From assembly GCA_036172245.1 (NCBI GenBank), contig JAYWIR010000017.1, positions 2,232,001-2,296,000 of the forward strand: a stretch of DNA of 64,000 nt, given 5' to 3'. Below, in pieces: positions 39,101 to 51,000 of the stretch. Position 1 is the stretch's first letter, and every line of letters starts with the position of its first letter. A program made the position numbers and the translations under genes. Source of the stretch: Raillietiella orientalis (Eukaryota). The notes beneath the pieces are model-generated. The model was given only the letters and a program-made list of their open reading frames with translations, searched no databases and was not told where the DNA came from.

Positions 39101-40492
39101 CTGTCAGAGTCTTCCTGGATGAACGGAAAAGAGGGAAGAGAGGAAGCGGCCCCTCCCTGATGCGATTCGTGACGAGGCGCATGCCGTCGCTGCCGGCTGT
39201 CGGGAAGCGCTCGCCGGGGGCAGTGGCGGGGGCTCCTTCCTCCTCCTTCTTGCGTCCTGCTGTTCCGCTCCGCCGTCCGAGGAGGTCGAGACCCAGGGTC
39301 CAGAGGCCGGCCGCTCCATCCCGAGAGGGAGCCTCCAGGAAAATGAACCGATGATGCGATCTCCTGAGGGGGTCTCCAGCGTCTCCTCCGCTGCCTTCCC
39401 CTTTTCCGCTTGCCTTGCCGTTCGGAAGGACGACGCGTCTCCTTTCCTTGTCGGTTTCTAGATGCGGCTCTTTTGAAACGGAAGCTGTCGTCCTCTTCGG
39501 CGGACGGGTGCGGGCGAGACTGCCGGCCCGCAAGGGAGGTCCAGGTGGGGTGGGCAGGAAGAGGCACACCTCAGGAGCTTGCAAGGGGGGCAGTCCGAGA
39601 GATCCGACGACCTCGGCGTCGGGGTGCCTCCGGCGGCGAGGAAACGAGTCTTCCCTCTCTTCCGGCGTTTTCACGGAAACCGCTGCTCTTCCGGAGGGCG
39701 CATTCGATCGGCTTCCCTTTCCTGCTTTCCCGGGCGGAAGAAGTGGCGGCGTCTCTCTTCAGCTCTCATCCTCTTCTGGACCGCTCCGCATCTCGTCGCC
39801 AGCTCGCCCTGAGCGAGCAAGCGCCGCCCCAAGGGCCTTCCGCGTGCCCTCGGAGGTGCCACTCGCCCCGAGGGGGGAGATCCGCTCGCGATCTCCCGCT
39901 GTTTCCGGGGTGATACCATCCTCTGGGAGGGGGGCGTTTTCCGGTTGCCCTCCCGGCCAGCCCTCGTCCCTGCCCCGCGCGCCGGGCAGCTTCGGAGGTC
40001 CCCCGCCGGATTGCCCCCCAGGAGCTATCCAGTCCCTCCCATTCCTTTGCCTTCCCCCTCCCCTTCTTCATCTTCCGGTGACCTCTGCAAGGTCACCTCC
40101 CGCCGCGCCCTGGGGCAGCCTGATCTTCCCGCGGCAAACCGGGGTTGGCTCTCCTGCTCCCCAGACTGGGAAAGGTCTCCACTTTCAGTTCCCAGATCAT
40201 CCCCGGAGGTGAGCCCGGATGGCTGACGACCCCGTCTTGGTCACCAATCTTTGGAAGGCGCAGCGCGACCGGGGAAAGGTGCCCCCTGAGGAGAAGGAGG
40301 GGACAGAGGGCGCGGCTACTCACACCAGAAGACGGCAACCAGATCTTGCTGGTCCAGCAGCCTCCTCAGTTCCCTGGCATTGACATCCTCGATGACGGCT
40401 TCCTCTTTCTTCCGCAGGGTGATACACCGCGCCGGTGGCGGCGGCAGGAGCAGCAGCAGCAGCCAGGGGAGCGCCGAGAGCACCGCCCGCAT
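106..40492 (-). CDS. hlk: Multi-thioredoxin-like-domain secretory/ER protein, hulk / l(2)01289-like; 3' end lies outside the window
   Basis: Hand-assembled exons (minus): 40492-40324, 37886-37704, 37648-37508, 35590-35408, 35350-35207, 33100-32918, 32801-32670, 32618-32439, 29274-29143, 28929-28747, 25209-25078, 24878-24696, 24649-24518, 24264-24073, 24015-23875, 23811-23626, 23431-23300, 23245-23063, 23012-22881, 15356-15174, 15125-14985, 10708-10517, 10443-10303, 5781-5596, 696-565, 517-335, 246-106 (about 1447 aa in window). Signal peptide MRAVLSALPWLLLLLLPPPPARC, then 13 repeats of 'Y...LxELEnIDDecD..gI.fVki.d...a..YG....PaL.yF....P.iYeG-DL.dEe.vL.WL.....IE.V...ML..li......aVfF'. All internal exons are multiples of 3 with splice sites at equivalent positions. 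The gene symbol rests on recalled similarity to the Drosophila protein, not on a search. Confidence 0.9.
4261..4989 (+). mobile_element. tRNA-headed structured SINE-like element, copy A
   Basis: B-box GGTTCGAATTC at 4307-4317. Shares blocks with copy B (gatcgacgccagagaaatgggg, gtgggtttcgattccccc, aaaatggagcc, gcgttccttcggggttctc, ggtccctccgggatca.cttcgagcttgaagagtgaca). Ends in an A-tract. Confidence 0.7.
5596..5781 (-). CDS. hlk: hlk-like isolated Trx-like exon that the ORF track misses
   Basis: ttttcccag|AT CAA GAC ACG GGG TGC AGG CAA TGC... = YQDTGCRQCERLLVKLHNIEHGILKHNIEVYKTQDKYFSQEFGIKKTPALLYFGDSVPNVYEG|gtgac. It is 186 nt, phase 1-1, and fills the required slot between exons 10443-10303 and 696-565. 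Confidence 0.85.
7341..8254 (+). mobile_element. tRNA-headed structured SINE-like element, copy B
   Basis: Perfect T-arm GAGGG-TTCGAAT-CCCTC at 7398-7414; acceptor-like pairing TTCCA(7341)/TGGAA(7417). Collinear blocks shared with copies A and C. Confidence 0.7.
16746..16789. repeat. Perfect 20-bp inverted repeat, probable DNA-transposon/MITE remnant
   Basis: AGAATAAGTTGATTAGTCGA-ctaa-TCGACTAATCAACTTATTCT, with an extra ATCGACTAATC copy at 16735. Confidence 0.85.
17405..17520. repeat. Degenerate tandem repeat, unit about 36 bp
   Basis: gttcc-tattgaccgagctaggttgttaggtctaccc / gttccctatagaccgaactggggtgctagttcgactc / gtaccctag. Confidence 0.5.
27299..28293 (+). mobile_element. tRNA-headed structured SINE-like element, copy C (more diverged)
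   Basis: D-loop-like TGTGGTTAAG and decayed T-arm GCGGGCTCGAATG. Shares ggagagaatgaggaagg, cccaagcgtgag.ggaacgga, ccttcctggattca, gtgtttaaaga, aaaagctgga.ggaaaacag and ggatttccatc with copy B. Confidence 0.65.
33419..33503. repeat. Two adjacent perfect inverted repeats
   Basis: AGTTTCCATCCCTCCTTCC-gttcgca-GGAAGGAGGGATGGAAACT (19 bp, 33419-33463) and AATCGAATCGCCAAAGGA-c-TCCTTTGGCGATTCGATT (18 bp, 33467-33503). Confidence 0.9.
40324..40492 (-). CDS. hlk: hlk-like exon 1: signal peptide plus N-terminal part of the first Trx-like domain
   Basis: ATG at 40492; MRAVLSALPWLLLLLLPPPPARCITLRKKEEAVIEDVNARELRRLLDQQDLVAVFW; donor GTGAGT at 40323. Confidence 0.85.
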
Positions 40493-40800
40493 CGCGCTGC
40501 GAGGAGACGGGCCGACAGGCACGGTCGTCCTGGAAACTAGCAGAACCACGGGGATCGGGCGGAGGGGGCCCGCGGATCTGCGCTCAGTTCCCGCGCGTGC
40601 CGAGCGCCCAACTGCGGCGGCGGCCGCGCACGGGGTCGCGCGCGCGCGCGCGCGAGCGAGCGAACGATGGAGCGCGGGGGAGGACCGGGGGCGTGGGGGA
40701 AGGGAGAGCGTCCCACAGCCCCGCCCGCCTCCGCTCTCGGTGGCAACCCGAGCTCCCCCCCACTTCGCCGCCGAGGCGCCTTCCCGGAACGTCGGGCGGG

Positions 40801-40810
40801 CTATTTTTAG
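40801..40810. promoter_or_regulatory. MEF2 consensus site upstream of the hlk-like gene
   Basis: CTATTTTTAG matches CTA(A/T)4TAG. It is an isolated AT-rich decamer in a GC-rich promoter, about 310 nt upstream of the ATG. Confidence 0.5.
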
Positions 40811-43800
40811 AAGCGCCTCTCCCGGTTCGTCCCCCGCGGAGCCTCCCGCGGCGGAAGAGCTGTGAGCTGGAGGAGGAGGAGGAGGAGGAGGAGAGGGAGA
40901 GAGCGGCGCTTGCGCGCTCCCCACAGGCCGACCCCTGCGCCCTCGCGGGCGGAGTCTCGTCTCCCCCCCGTTGACGGTCTTGCCTGGTGCGGTGAGGGCT
41001 GACGTAGAGGCTGGGAGGTCACTGAAGGGGGGAAGGGAGGGGGCAGCCCCACTGATGTCCCGAAAGCAGGAGGAGAAAGCCCACTATTCCTCTAGGCTGC
41101 CACATGAACCGGCAGGGTAGCCTCTGACCTGCGATAGAGAGCGCGTGCCTTCTCCCTTTCGGTTGAATCCTGCCCTGTGGCGTCAGGTACCTCCTTCTAC
41201 TCCCTGATCCTCCCGGGAGACTCCTCCGTGACATCTTTAGGCCAGCACGGGACTCCTCCGCTTCTTTCTTTCCTCGGGAAAGGGAGAAAGGTACAAGCCG
41301 AGTGCCCTCGTGGTGACCCTCCCCTCCGAGGCCGCATCCCGTCCCTCCGCCTTTCCGCACTCTCGTGCCCCATCGGCGACATCGCTTTCCCGACTCCTCC
41401 GGGTGCGGTTCTCTGGCGACCCGGGGATCTCCAACCGGCGCGGGAACGAGGACGTTCGGGGAACCCCCTGCGGCACAGGCTCGTGACCCCGTCTGCGGCT
41501 GCCGCAGCTTCCGAATCGCGGCCATCCCCTGGAAGCTGGAATCCCCCTGGATCCCGGATCCGCGATCCATCCACATCTGAAGATCACTCCCGGAGCAGAG
41601 CCCGGCAGCAGGTCCGTCGTCCCCCACCTCCTTCCGCTTCGGGAGCGTCCTGTCTTCCCAGACGCAACCTCAAGGTCTCCGTCGAAGCCCCGAGGCGTTC
41701 CCTGAGAATCAGGAATTCAGGTAGTCTTTGCCGCCTCCGCCGTGCAGCATCCTCTCAGGCACGTCGGCTCCAGAGACATCCATAGGAGGTCCTCGGATCG
41801 GGAGCCACCCGCGCACACTCCGACCTCGCTCGCTTTCGAGCCGCTCGGTCGCTCCATCAGAACCGCGAAAGTCTCCCTGCGAGTGACCGCCGGGTGGAGC
41901 CTTGCGGCGAGGGTGCCTCGCGAGAAGAATCTCTCAGAGGCCGTCCGGGCCGCCTCGTCCTGAAAGAGAGGTGGTGTTTCTGCTGCTCCGACCCCGGAGC
42001 GCAGCTTCGGCGGAAGAGGGCGGACCGCCCTGGCTCCTCCTGAATACCCAGGGTTTCCCTTCCAGCCACGAGGCCGAACAAGGAGTCAGCAGCGGCAGGA
42101 TAGTGAGCCCTCTTCCACGATGGCCGGCTGCAAAGGAAAGCCGTCGGCTGGAGGCAGTACGAGGATGTGCAGCAGCTGCCGTCTGAAGGAAACGCGCGAT
42201 CAGAACGGGAGTGCTGGTTCTTCTGTGTTCGAGAGTCGGTCGCGCTTCCAGGCCGCTCCCGTGCTCCGAAGACGAGAGCCTTCCATCCGGTCTCCGAAGG
42301 AAGCAGGACGGAACGGTTGAAAGTTTCCCAGCCAACGTCCCCTCGAGCTGAAAGCATGGAAAGGCGAACCGGACGAAGTCCAAAGAGTGAAAGCGCGTTC
42401 GACTGCGGACGACAGCCGCCGCCGCGACGCAGGAACGTTGGCGCTGGACAACGTCGCAGACCCCACCCAGGGTGGCGCGCGTACAAGCCGGATTTCCTCC
42501 TGGAAGCAACGTGACGGAAGCGTGGAGATGCGTATCTAACCCCATGCAGCCTCAGGACCGGTATGATTTGTCTGAGGAGGCATCGCAAAGATGATGAATC
42601 GAGGGGCAGGCTCTCGAGTCGGATGAGGAGAAAGATCGCGATATCCGTGGTGTCACTACTGGCGAGGAGCAGTTGATGATGGGAAAGGCATGCCTAATTC
42701 TGGAGCCATGATTAATCATACGGATGAGAGTAATGATGGCTATCCAAGCTTAGGAACACACTGCACAGAGTCATCTCAGCACGATGAGCCATCCTCTCCA
42801 ATCGAATCGACTTCGGTCCTATCGAGGAGAGGAGACTCCGAGAGCAAGACGCGTCCCAGTCTTCTGCGCGCGAAGAATCAAAACGGTGATTTTTTGAAGA
42901 CGAAAAGTGTACTACGAAGGGACCAAAGCGTCTCCCAAGCTACAGAGACCAGCACGGTGAGTTTTCCCTTTTCCTTTTTTTTCTTCTTCGTGCATGTGCG
43001 TTCAAGATGAGATGAAATTGACGAGAAGTTTCGGATTCTCGTATTCAGGTTTCCCAGGAACGAAAGTGAGCTTGCAAAAGATCGCTGACGATTTCAGGGA
43101 TACCAGGAATCAGGCTTTGTGGTGAACAGCAGGTGGCTTCTCTCGCGAAGAGAACCGGAAGCAGTCTTCAGCCAATGTTGCGTAATCAGAATGGGCGAGT
43201 TGATCTAGGGATCGAAGCTTCCTCCCCTCCCTCGTCTCCTCCCTGATGCCACCACAATCATGAAATGATCATTCTCTTGGCTGTGTGCGTCTTGCTGCAC
43301 ACCCCTGCGGGCTAAAATCATCCTGATCATTGAAAAAAGAAAATTCTTGTAGAATGGCTCTCTTCCGGGCAAGACTCGGTGTCAAGAGACTAACAAATAT
43401 TTCCGAGGTGACTGTCCGCAGCCTTCCCATGAAGAGCTGAGGGTCAATCAATTTCTTGCAAGTACCCTTGAAGAATTGACAGGTTTACGATTCTACTGCT
43501 TGCAGTCACATTCTGCTTCTCAGCCATTCCGAAAGACACTCCATTCATATATTTTTTTTTTTTTCAAGCGAACTTCCTACCCTATCATATTTCCTTGGAT
43601 TTCTTCCCATCTCCGGATCTCCGTTTTAGATCGACATTCCTTACATAGGAATGCAAGGCTTCGTCCTTTCCACCGTGGTATTTTACGCTAGTGCGGGATG
43701 ATCACACGAGAGGGTTGAAAAACCTGCCTGCATAATTGTGAGTTACATCATGCTGTACCCTGGGTAAACCCGAGATGGAAAGATCGACACGCAACGAGAG

Positions 43801-44964
43801 CCTCATCACGTGGTTTGAGGCTGTGGTTTCTGCTTTTTTCTCCACCACCAGCATTGCAGGTGGCTATGATGGAAAGGCGCCTTCAGTGGCTGCTGCTCAA
43901 CCATTTTGCTTGCCGACTTTCCAAGTTTATTTTTGAAAGTCTCCTTTCTTGTGTGCTCATAATCTTTCGCGGGGTTTTCGCCCCCCACATCCGGGTTTCT
44001 CATCTCGAAAGGCTCCAGGTCTTCACTTTTCTTGGGGTACCTTGCCTTCACGATTGCACACGGTCTAATAAGTACATTGTGACCAGATTGGCTGTCAACT
44101 CAACCCTACTTTGCTTCCTTGTTTTTCTTTTTTTGCAATTACCTCGTCAACGATCACCCTACTGAAGATAATATCAGAAACGACAGAACCGATGATTGAC
44201 GGAAGTAACTTCAGGGATCTCAAACGAATGCTTCAGATGTTTCAAAGGTTCAAACGTTTTACGCACGTTTAATTGCCTTCACAAGTTGACGTCGTCGTCG
44301 CAAAGGGGGAACACAAACCCATCTCAAAGGTCAGACTTTGCCAAAGGTCACGTGAGCTGCGCCAGCTGTGCTTCACACACACCTTGTTCAAAATAGCTCG
44401 ATTGGGATTAGTTTCCCGTGCAATGCAGCACGGAAACACCTCCATTTCCCTAATAGGTGATCAACACTTTTCTAAATATCAACCACTTAAAAAAAGGAAG
44501 AAGAAAGGGAAGTGCGGATTCTATGACGGTTCCCGTTTACAAACAGAGCCGAACAAGAGTTCGGTAGCGGAAAAATTAGCATATTACGGACAGCTTCCCC
44601 AGACGTTTCGTGGGTGCACCACCGTACCTACAGCTCACCTGCGCAGCCCACCTACAGTGTTTCGAAGAGGCAGCTAACTGTCCGATCCGAGCGCGATATA
44701 CCGACGGTTCCTTCGGAAGCGGCTGGAAGTGCCCCAAACACGGCACTGAAGGCTGAGGGTTGGTCACTGCGGTCTCGCGAGAAGTCAGGAAGAGCTCCTC
44801 CAATCTGCTGGCTGGTTGGCGCCCACATTTTGAATTTACGGGAGTTTCGGACGATAAAAAAAACCAAAAAAAAAAAAAAAACGGAAGCTTTCAAAAAAAC
44901 ATGTCAGACAGTATGTTGTAGTACATGTGAAGTAACACATACGCGAAGGAAAAAAAAGTCATCG

Positions 44965-44970
44965 TTTATT
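44965..44970 (-). promoter_or_regulatory. Candidate polyadenylation signal of afadin
   Basis: AATAAA on the minus strand about 85 nt after the stop codon, followed downstream by T-rich runs. Confidence 0.5.
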
Positions 44971-45054
44971 CTGTATCGTCAAATGCATATAAATTGTTCT
45001 AGTGTATGTATAATTTGAAGAGTCATATGGACGGCCAGCATGAACATTAAGGCA

Positions 45055-48000
45055 CTACCGGACGGCTTCGTGGTTCATTTCGATTTCCCTCTGTGCTCTG
45101 GAGATTTTCACTTTATCACGAGGTGTGATCTGCTCGCCGCTTTCCAAAGCAAACATCTTCATCTTTTCACGGAAAGTCAGTTTTTCTGGACCAGAGATTT
45201 TCACGCGATTGAGCTCTTGCTGCTTCGCTTCCAAGCGCTTCTGCCGGGGATCTCTGCGGAAACACGCGTATCAGGGTTTGTTTCCCCCCCCCCCCCCCCC
45301 CAAACACACTCGTACTTACTTGTACACTTCTTGAGTGCCGATAACACCAGGTGTCACGGAAGATGCGACTGCATCAGGAGGAGAAGCGGCCGGCTTTCGG
45401 AACATGGCTTCCGCTTCCGATATAAATCTCTGCTGCAAGTGCAAAACAAAAAGAATTTGCGCCACGCTCGACTTACCTCCGGATTCGACAGAATTTCATT
45501 AGCTGCATTGAAGGAAGAACTCCTTTCCGGAGGTTCCGGGGAATGTGATGTATGATTCTCCTGATAGAGGCGCAAACGCACTTCTTCGTCCTGACGGCGC
45601 TGAGCTTCACGTAAAATTCGCTGCTCAGCTTGCTGGGCGGCTTCTAATTCCTTCCTTTTCTGCACCTCTTTGCGGCGTATTTCTTCCAGTTTTGCTTCGC
45701 GAGTTGAGGCCAAAGAGTTTTGTGGAATGTTACGTGTTGGGACTAATGAATGGGGAATATGCTCGCTCCCGGAAACCGATAGGTTCTGCTCCATGAAGTG
45801 TTTATCAGGAGCAGCATTAGACACTGTGTTAAATGGAGGAATGTAACTGCTCTGCACGGAGTCCCGCGATACGGTATAGTTTTGTGGATAATCATGAGCA
45901 GAAGGATTTAAAGTATCTTCGCTGGACGCAATATAAGCCGCCTGTGACATTTCACGAGATGCTTGCGTACATCCAGCAATTGGAACATTATTTTGAGTTC
46001 TTACAGAGGAGTTCCCTCTGGAGTTGTATGTTGGGAAGATACCATTACGCATGGCAGGCACACATGAAGGTGTACTTTTTTCTGTGTGCTCCTCCTCCTC
46101 TTCATCAATGTCATCTTCATCCTGGTTACACATTTCCTCAGCTCGCTTCTGGAATTCCCGTTCCAGGCGCAATGCACGCAGCTGCTCTTCTTGCTTCACA
46201 GTACGGCACGCTGTGGTCTCTAGGAGAATGATTTGCTGATCTCGGTAATTGCGAGCTGTGGCTAGGCGCCTTGCCTGTTCCTGAAAACACATTCTGATGT
46301 GGTGGAAATGTAAACTTTGTCACCTTTTCCTTCTCTTCGCGTTCCCATGGATTAGAAGCTCCGAATCCCTTATGATTAGCAGGAACTGTTCCACTGAGAA
46401 CAAACATCTAACCGAACAAAAAACACAAACACTTACCTCTGAGACCAATCAACTCTTTTCTGATTAGGATAAACCATGGGAGCAGGTTGCAAGACTTCCT
46501 TAGGAAGCGGAGGTCTTTCGGGTGGAATGCTATCAAAATGTACATCATGCTTATTATGTCGATATCTTTCATCCAAAGCAGCTTCCTTTGAATAATTAAC
46601 GGAACCATTGAACTGAGAGGGGAATGTGCGATCAGGGACATGGTGGTCACTGTGTGCCTGAGAACCATGCTGTGGAAGAACTCGTGTAGGTGGTGGCTGA
46701 TGTGGGACATGAAAGCCACCAGGAGGTATATTCTGGTAATATTGTTCCTCGGAATGCTTTGGAGGGAGAGTAGGCGCAGAAGAGTGAGAGTGTGAGCCAG
46801 GTTTGGGTGGTAATGTATGAGTAAGGTTTTGAGGAACCCTAAAAATGACATAAATAGGAAATGGAAATCGAGGTGATTTGTGGATACCTCCCAGTATCTG
46901 AACGCGAATTCAGAGACGTTGAAGATGTTTCCATGCTAACTGATGATCCTGGTAATTTGGCTGGTTTGCTGCCTGCTTCTTCATGCTGATCAACAACTAA
47001 AAGGCGTTTGTGTTAACAGAAAGCAACAAGAGGAAATACTCACCATTGAGCGAGGGTACAGATTTCGAGCTACTTATTCCAGAACCAGGATTAATATTTC
47101 GAATATCTTTTAACACAGAGTTGGGAATGTCTCTATCACTTGATCGGAAAAATGGTTGAAATTTAGGAACACCTAACATTCAAAACAGAAGCAGGCTAAT
47201 AACATTTAGGACAGATGGACAACACCTGTATTTGCGTTTCTGGGAGATATTGGAGATGGCTGAGACAACAAGGTTCCTAAGCCATGGAATATTGCTCCTT
47301 GTTTCGCTACCTCCAAAGTAACCAAATTTCCTGTGTTCATCAATATTTCAGCAGCTCTGCAAAATTAACGCGCAAAAAAAAAAAAAAAACGAATCAATAA
47401 ACCACACTATTCGTCACATTCACGCATCCACTGAAACTAAATAATTTGATCTATGAAAGCAATCACTAGCATTTGCACAAGAAGTTCAATTTAAGATATA
47501 TTGATCTCCTTTCACCAACACATCAAATGAAGAGTTTATACTTTCGCTTTCATCCATGATTGTAAAATAAAGAATAAGAGCACTATTCTAAACTTTGTTA
47601 ATAACGGAAATCGCCATTTTTGGAAAAAAAAACAATCGACGTCATGGGACTGATGTTTAAAGATGCAGCCACATCATGCTTCCCTTGTTTTCTCTTTTCC
47701 TATTAAGGATTTAGAGTGATTTTAAAAGACTGAAGATAACAGGTAGAAAAAACAAATGAAATTTTTCTACCACAAACTCAACTTAGGAGATCCCATGAAA
47801 AATGACAATTCCAGTTACACCTACAAACTGCTCCAATATCTCTAGGTTTCCGGGCAATAAAAATACATTTATGTCCAATGAATGTTTTCCAAGATTTTGG
47901 GGGAAAACAAAACAAAACAAAACAAATAACTTCAAGTGAAAAAACAATAACTAAGAATGCCAGTGACGGAAAACATCAACACAGACATGACTGGTTATGT

Positions 48001-51000
48001 TTCTAACTAATTTAAACACCTATTAGTGTGCAATGAAAGGTTAAAATTATTTGTAGATCAAGACATTCGTGACTAAATTTGTAATGGGGAGTTGACCAAG
48101 TGAAGAATGTCACTAAACCCAGAACAGTCATTTTGTATAACACTATTAGTTAAATGTCTTACTGTTCTTGTGTGATTCCCTGCAGACTTGCTCCATCAAC
48201 AGATAAGAGCTGATCCCCACTCTGCAAGCGTCCATCCTAAATTATCAGATGCAAAGTCAATCCTAAATTAGCAGAAGTATTGAAATTTCTAAAGTAATTA
48301 CCAGATCCGAAGCTCCTCCTTTGACAACAGATTTGATATAAATGCCCAATTTTGTTTGGCCAATTCCCTGGAAGGGTATTTCAAGCACAAGCACAAGTGT
48401 GATTTAAACTTACTCGTGCAGCCACAATACTGAGTCCCATTCCTCCTCCTGATTTTTTGAATTGAATGGTCATGACTTCTGGCTGTGATGGACGTTGGTT
48501 CTCAGGTGCTGCTTGCAAACTCATAATGCTGCCATTGTGTCTCTGAAAAAAGAACCATAAAAATTACAAGTAATAAGAAACTTACTCGGTCAGGTGATTT
48601 CATATAAATAGTCCAGAATCCAGAAGAGGATGGTTGTATGGTCATTCGACAAAGTCCTGCTTGCTGAAGAGGAGCAAGAAATTCTGGAAGTCCCGCTGGG
48701 ACTCCTCGCACAATATCAAAACTGTATCCATCTTCTGGGAGCAAAAATGGTAATCTCAACTCTGGATTTTCCTCTAAACGAATTTCACGGCCTTCACTTT
48801 TTAGCAGTTCATCAGCTGAGTTCATAGCCACTTTAATAACATTGCTGATAAGCTCTGCAGATACTCTGGGTTCATCCGGACCCACATGATATTTATCAAA
48901 TAAAGTATGCAGTTGCAGTGAATTGAGCTTGAAGCAGGTAGCACTAATAGCAGCAGCATCATCAGCACTGCTCTTTGGAGCTTGTAGGAAGAAGGCCAGC
49001 TGGTTGATTCTTGCTAGGTGACAATCTGCTGCCAACTCCAAACCTTGTTTCTCAGCCCAAACCTCAATGCGGACAAGACGCCTTTCTAGTCGGTCGCCCC
49101 AAATATGAGAACAGTAGTTAGCATATCGTTCAGTGAGAATCTAACAAAAGATTACTTAAACACAACACAGTTAACAAATTTTTTACTTTGTTGAATAGCC
49201 ACGCATTGATGAAATGAAAAAGCTGGGAAAACAGCTGAATTGTAAGTGCTGCATTGACACGACATTTACGAAACAAAGACATTGTACTGGTTAATGTGGC
49301 TAAAACTCCTGTAGTAGTTGTTTCTTCCTCACGGAAATCATCTGAGTCTAACAACATAGAGGGTAAGTAACGTCCCAAATCAGTCTGTAAGCCATTAACA
49401 AGCAAATAAAAAGCATTCTGCACGCTTTCTGCTAGCACATCCTGAGCATCTAGAGAGTATGCATCTAAGTGACGATCTTGTTTAAGAAAATGCAAGAATT
49501 CGGAGCAGTTGGCCATCCAGAAAGCTACTGCTCCAATATTAATTCTGAATTGCTATGGACAGCTGATTGAAGATGATTAAACAATCTGCACCTACCTGTA
49601 TGACAGCCTGCATCAAAAGAGCTACCTTGGTCAGCATGGAAGTTAGACGCATGGCTCTTTCTTGAGGAGTAATTTCTGGTCTAAAATGAGTGGAAGCACG
49701 AAATCGTGTGGCCATGTATAGAGTATAAGTGGGTGCTAATTTGAACTGCACCAAACTTGGATCTAGGTGAGTAATTATAGCATCCCATAAAACATCCTCA
49801 GTGGCTTCTTGGAATTCCAACACTGCTGGCAAGATCTGACTTCCAGGAACAAGAGATATGGACTTGTCAGGTCTAGGGAATTGTTGTTCTCTGTAAGTTC
49901 CAGTGGATACAGTTTCTACTTTTCCATCTACATCAAAAGTTGTCTCAAAGTTCTGCCTCCTTGGCAGCTCTTGTGTGCTACAGTACATTCCTAGAAAAAC
50001 ATATTGGAGCTGTACCTCACCGAATGCTTGATTCAGAAACTTTGCGCATGCGACCAGCTGTAACAGGATCAATCAACTGAAACATTAGCGTGTGGCCAAA
50101 CTGAACAAGTGACCCATGCTGAACAAACACAGTTGAGTCAACTTCTAAAAACTAGGCCAAACATACTTGAAGAAGAGTGGTCTCATGTATCCTTCTGCCA
50201 TCAACATATGTTTCAGCTTCTTTACAGCTGGGAGTCACCGTGACAATATTATCCATCAAGGCTAAAACACAATGATGTGGGCAAATGCCTGGTCCTGCCA
50301 ACTGCAGTGAGTGTCCTGATCCTTGTGCTGGTTTATCACTGCCAATTTCTGTAACGTTCTGATGTAAACGGAAGATTCGAGTGCAGGTACCGCTAGGCCC
50401 TCCTTCTAACAAAAGCTCACTTGAGCAAAAGCCAAAAAAAAACAAAAGATAAAAATGCATACCAGAGTCAACCTCCAAAAGATACGGCAAAGATTCATTT
50501 CCATTATCATCCAATTCTGCACCAATAACATTAGGTTTTTTTTTTCGCTTTCGGTGCTGATAATCTGGTGGTCTTCGACGGACATGAAACATGATGGCAT
50601 CATCACTTTGATGGGCTGTATGGTTCATCAAGATAGCTAAAGGACATTCATCATCATCTAAGATGTACTCCCGAGTGGCTGCATTTGGATTATTCAAGCC
50701 TCTCTGACTACTGGAATCAGCACTAGCACAAAATACCTACAAAGACTTTGTTTTGACCAGCATAACAGAGTCAACCTGAACAAGGCAGTAACTCATTGGA
50801 TCTTCTTTTTCCAATCCATACTTCTGCAACATCTCTTTTATCACATGAAGGGCTGTATCTTCCACAGATAACAACAAGGTTTTATATGGGACATCTTTGC
50901 ACAATGCTTCTCCATATATTTTAAGTGTTCCACCAGTATCTGGACCACCATCTCTACTGCGGAACTGTTGCAACTTGCGCTCCAGTTTTTGTTGACGTCT

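Larger units (their letters stand above)
38300..42600. promoter_or_regulatory. GC/CpG-rich island spanning the promoter, exon 1 and proximal intron 1 of the hlk-like gene
   Basis: Visibly very high GC and CpG density; (CG)9 at 40637-40654, GGGCGGG at 40794-40800, (GGA)n at about 40869-40891. Confidence 0.7.

Noticed and set aside
38296..42588. Many overlapping 150-265 aa ORFs on both strands
   Set aside because: Pro/Arg/Gly/Ser-rich products expected from stop-poor GC-rich DNA; only 40492-40324 has homology support.
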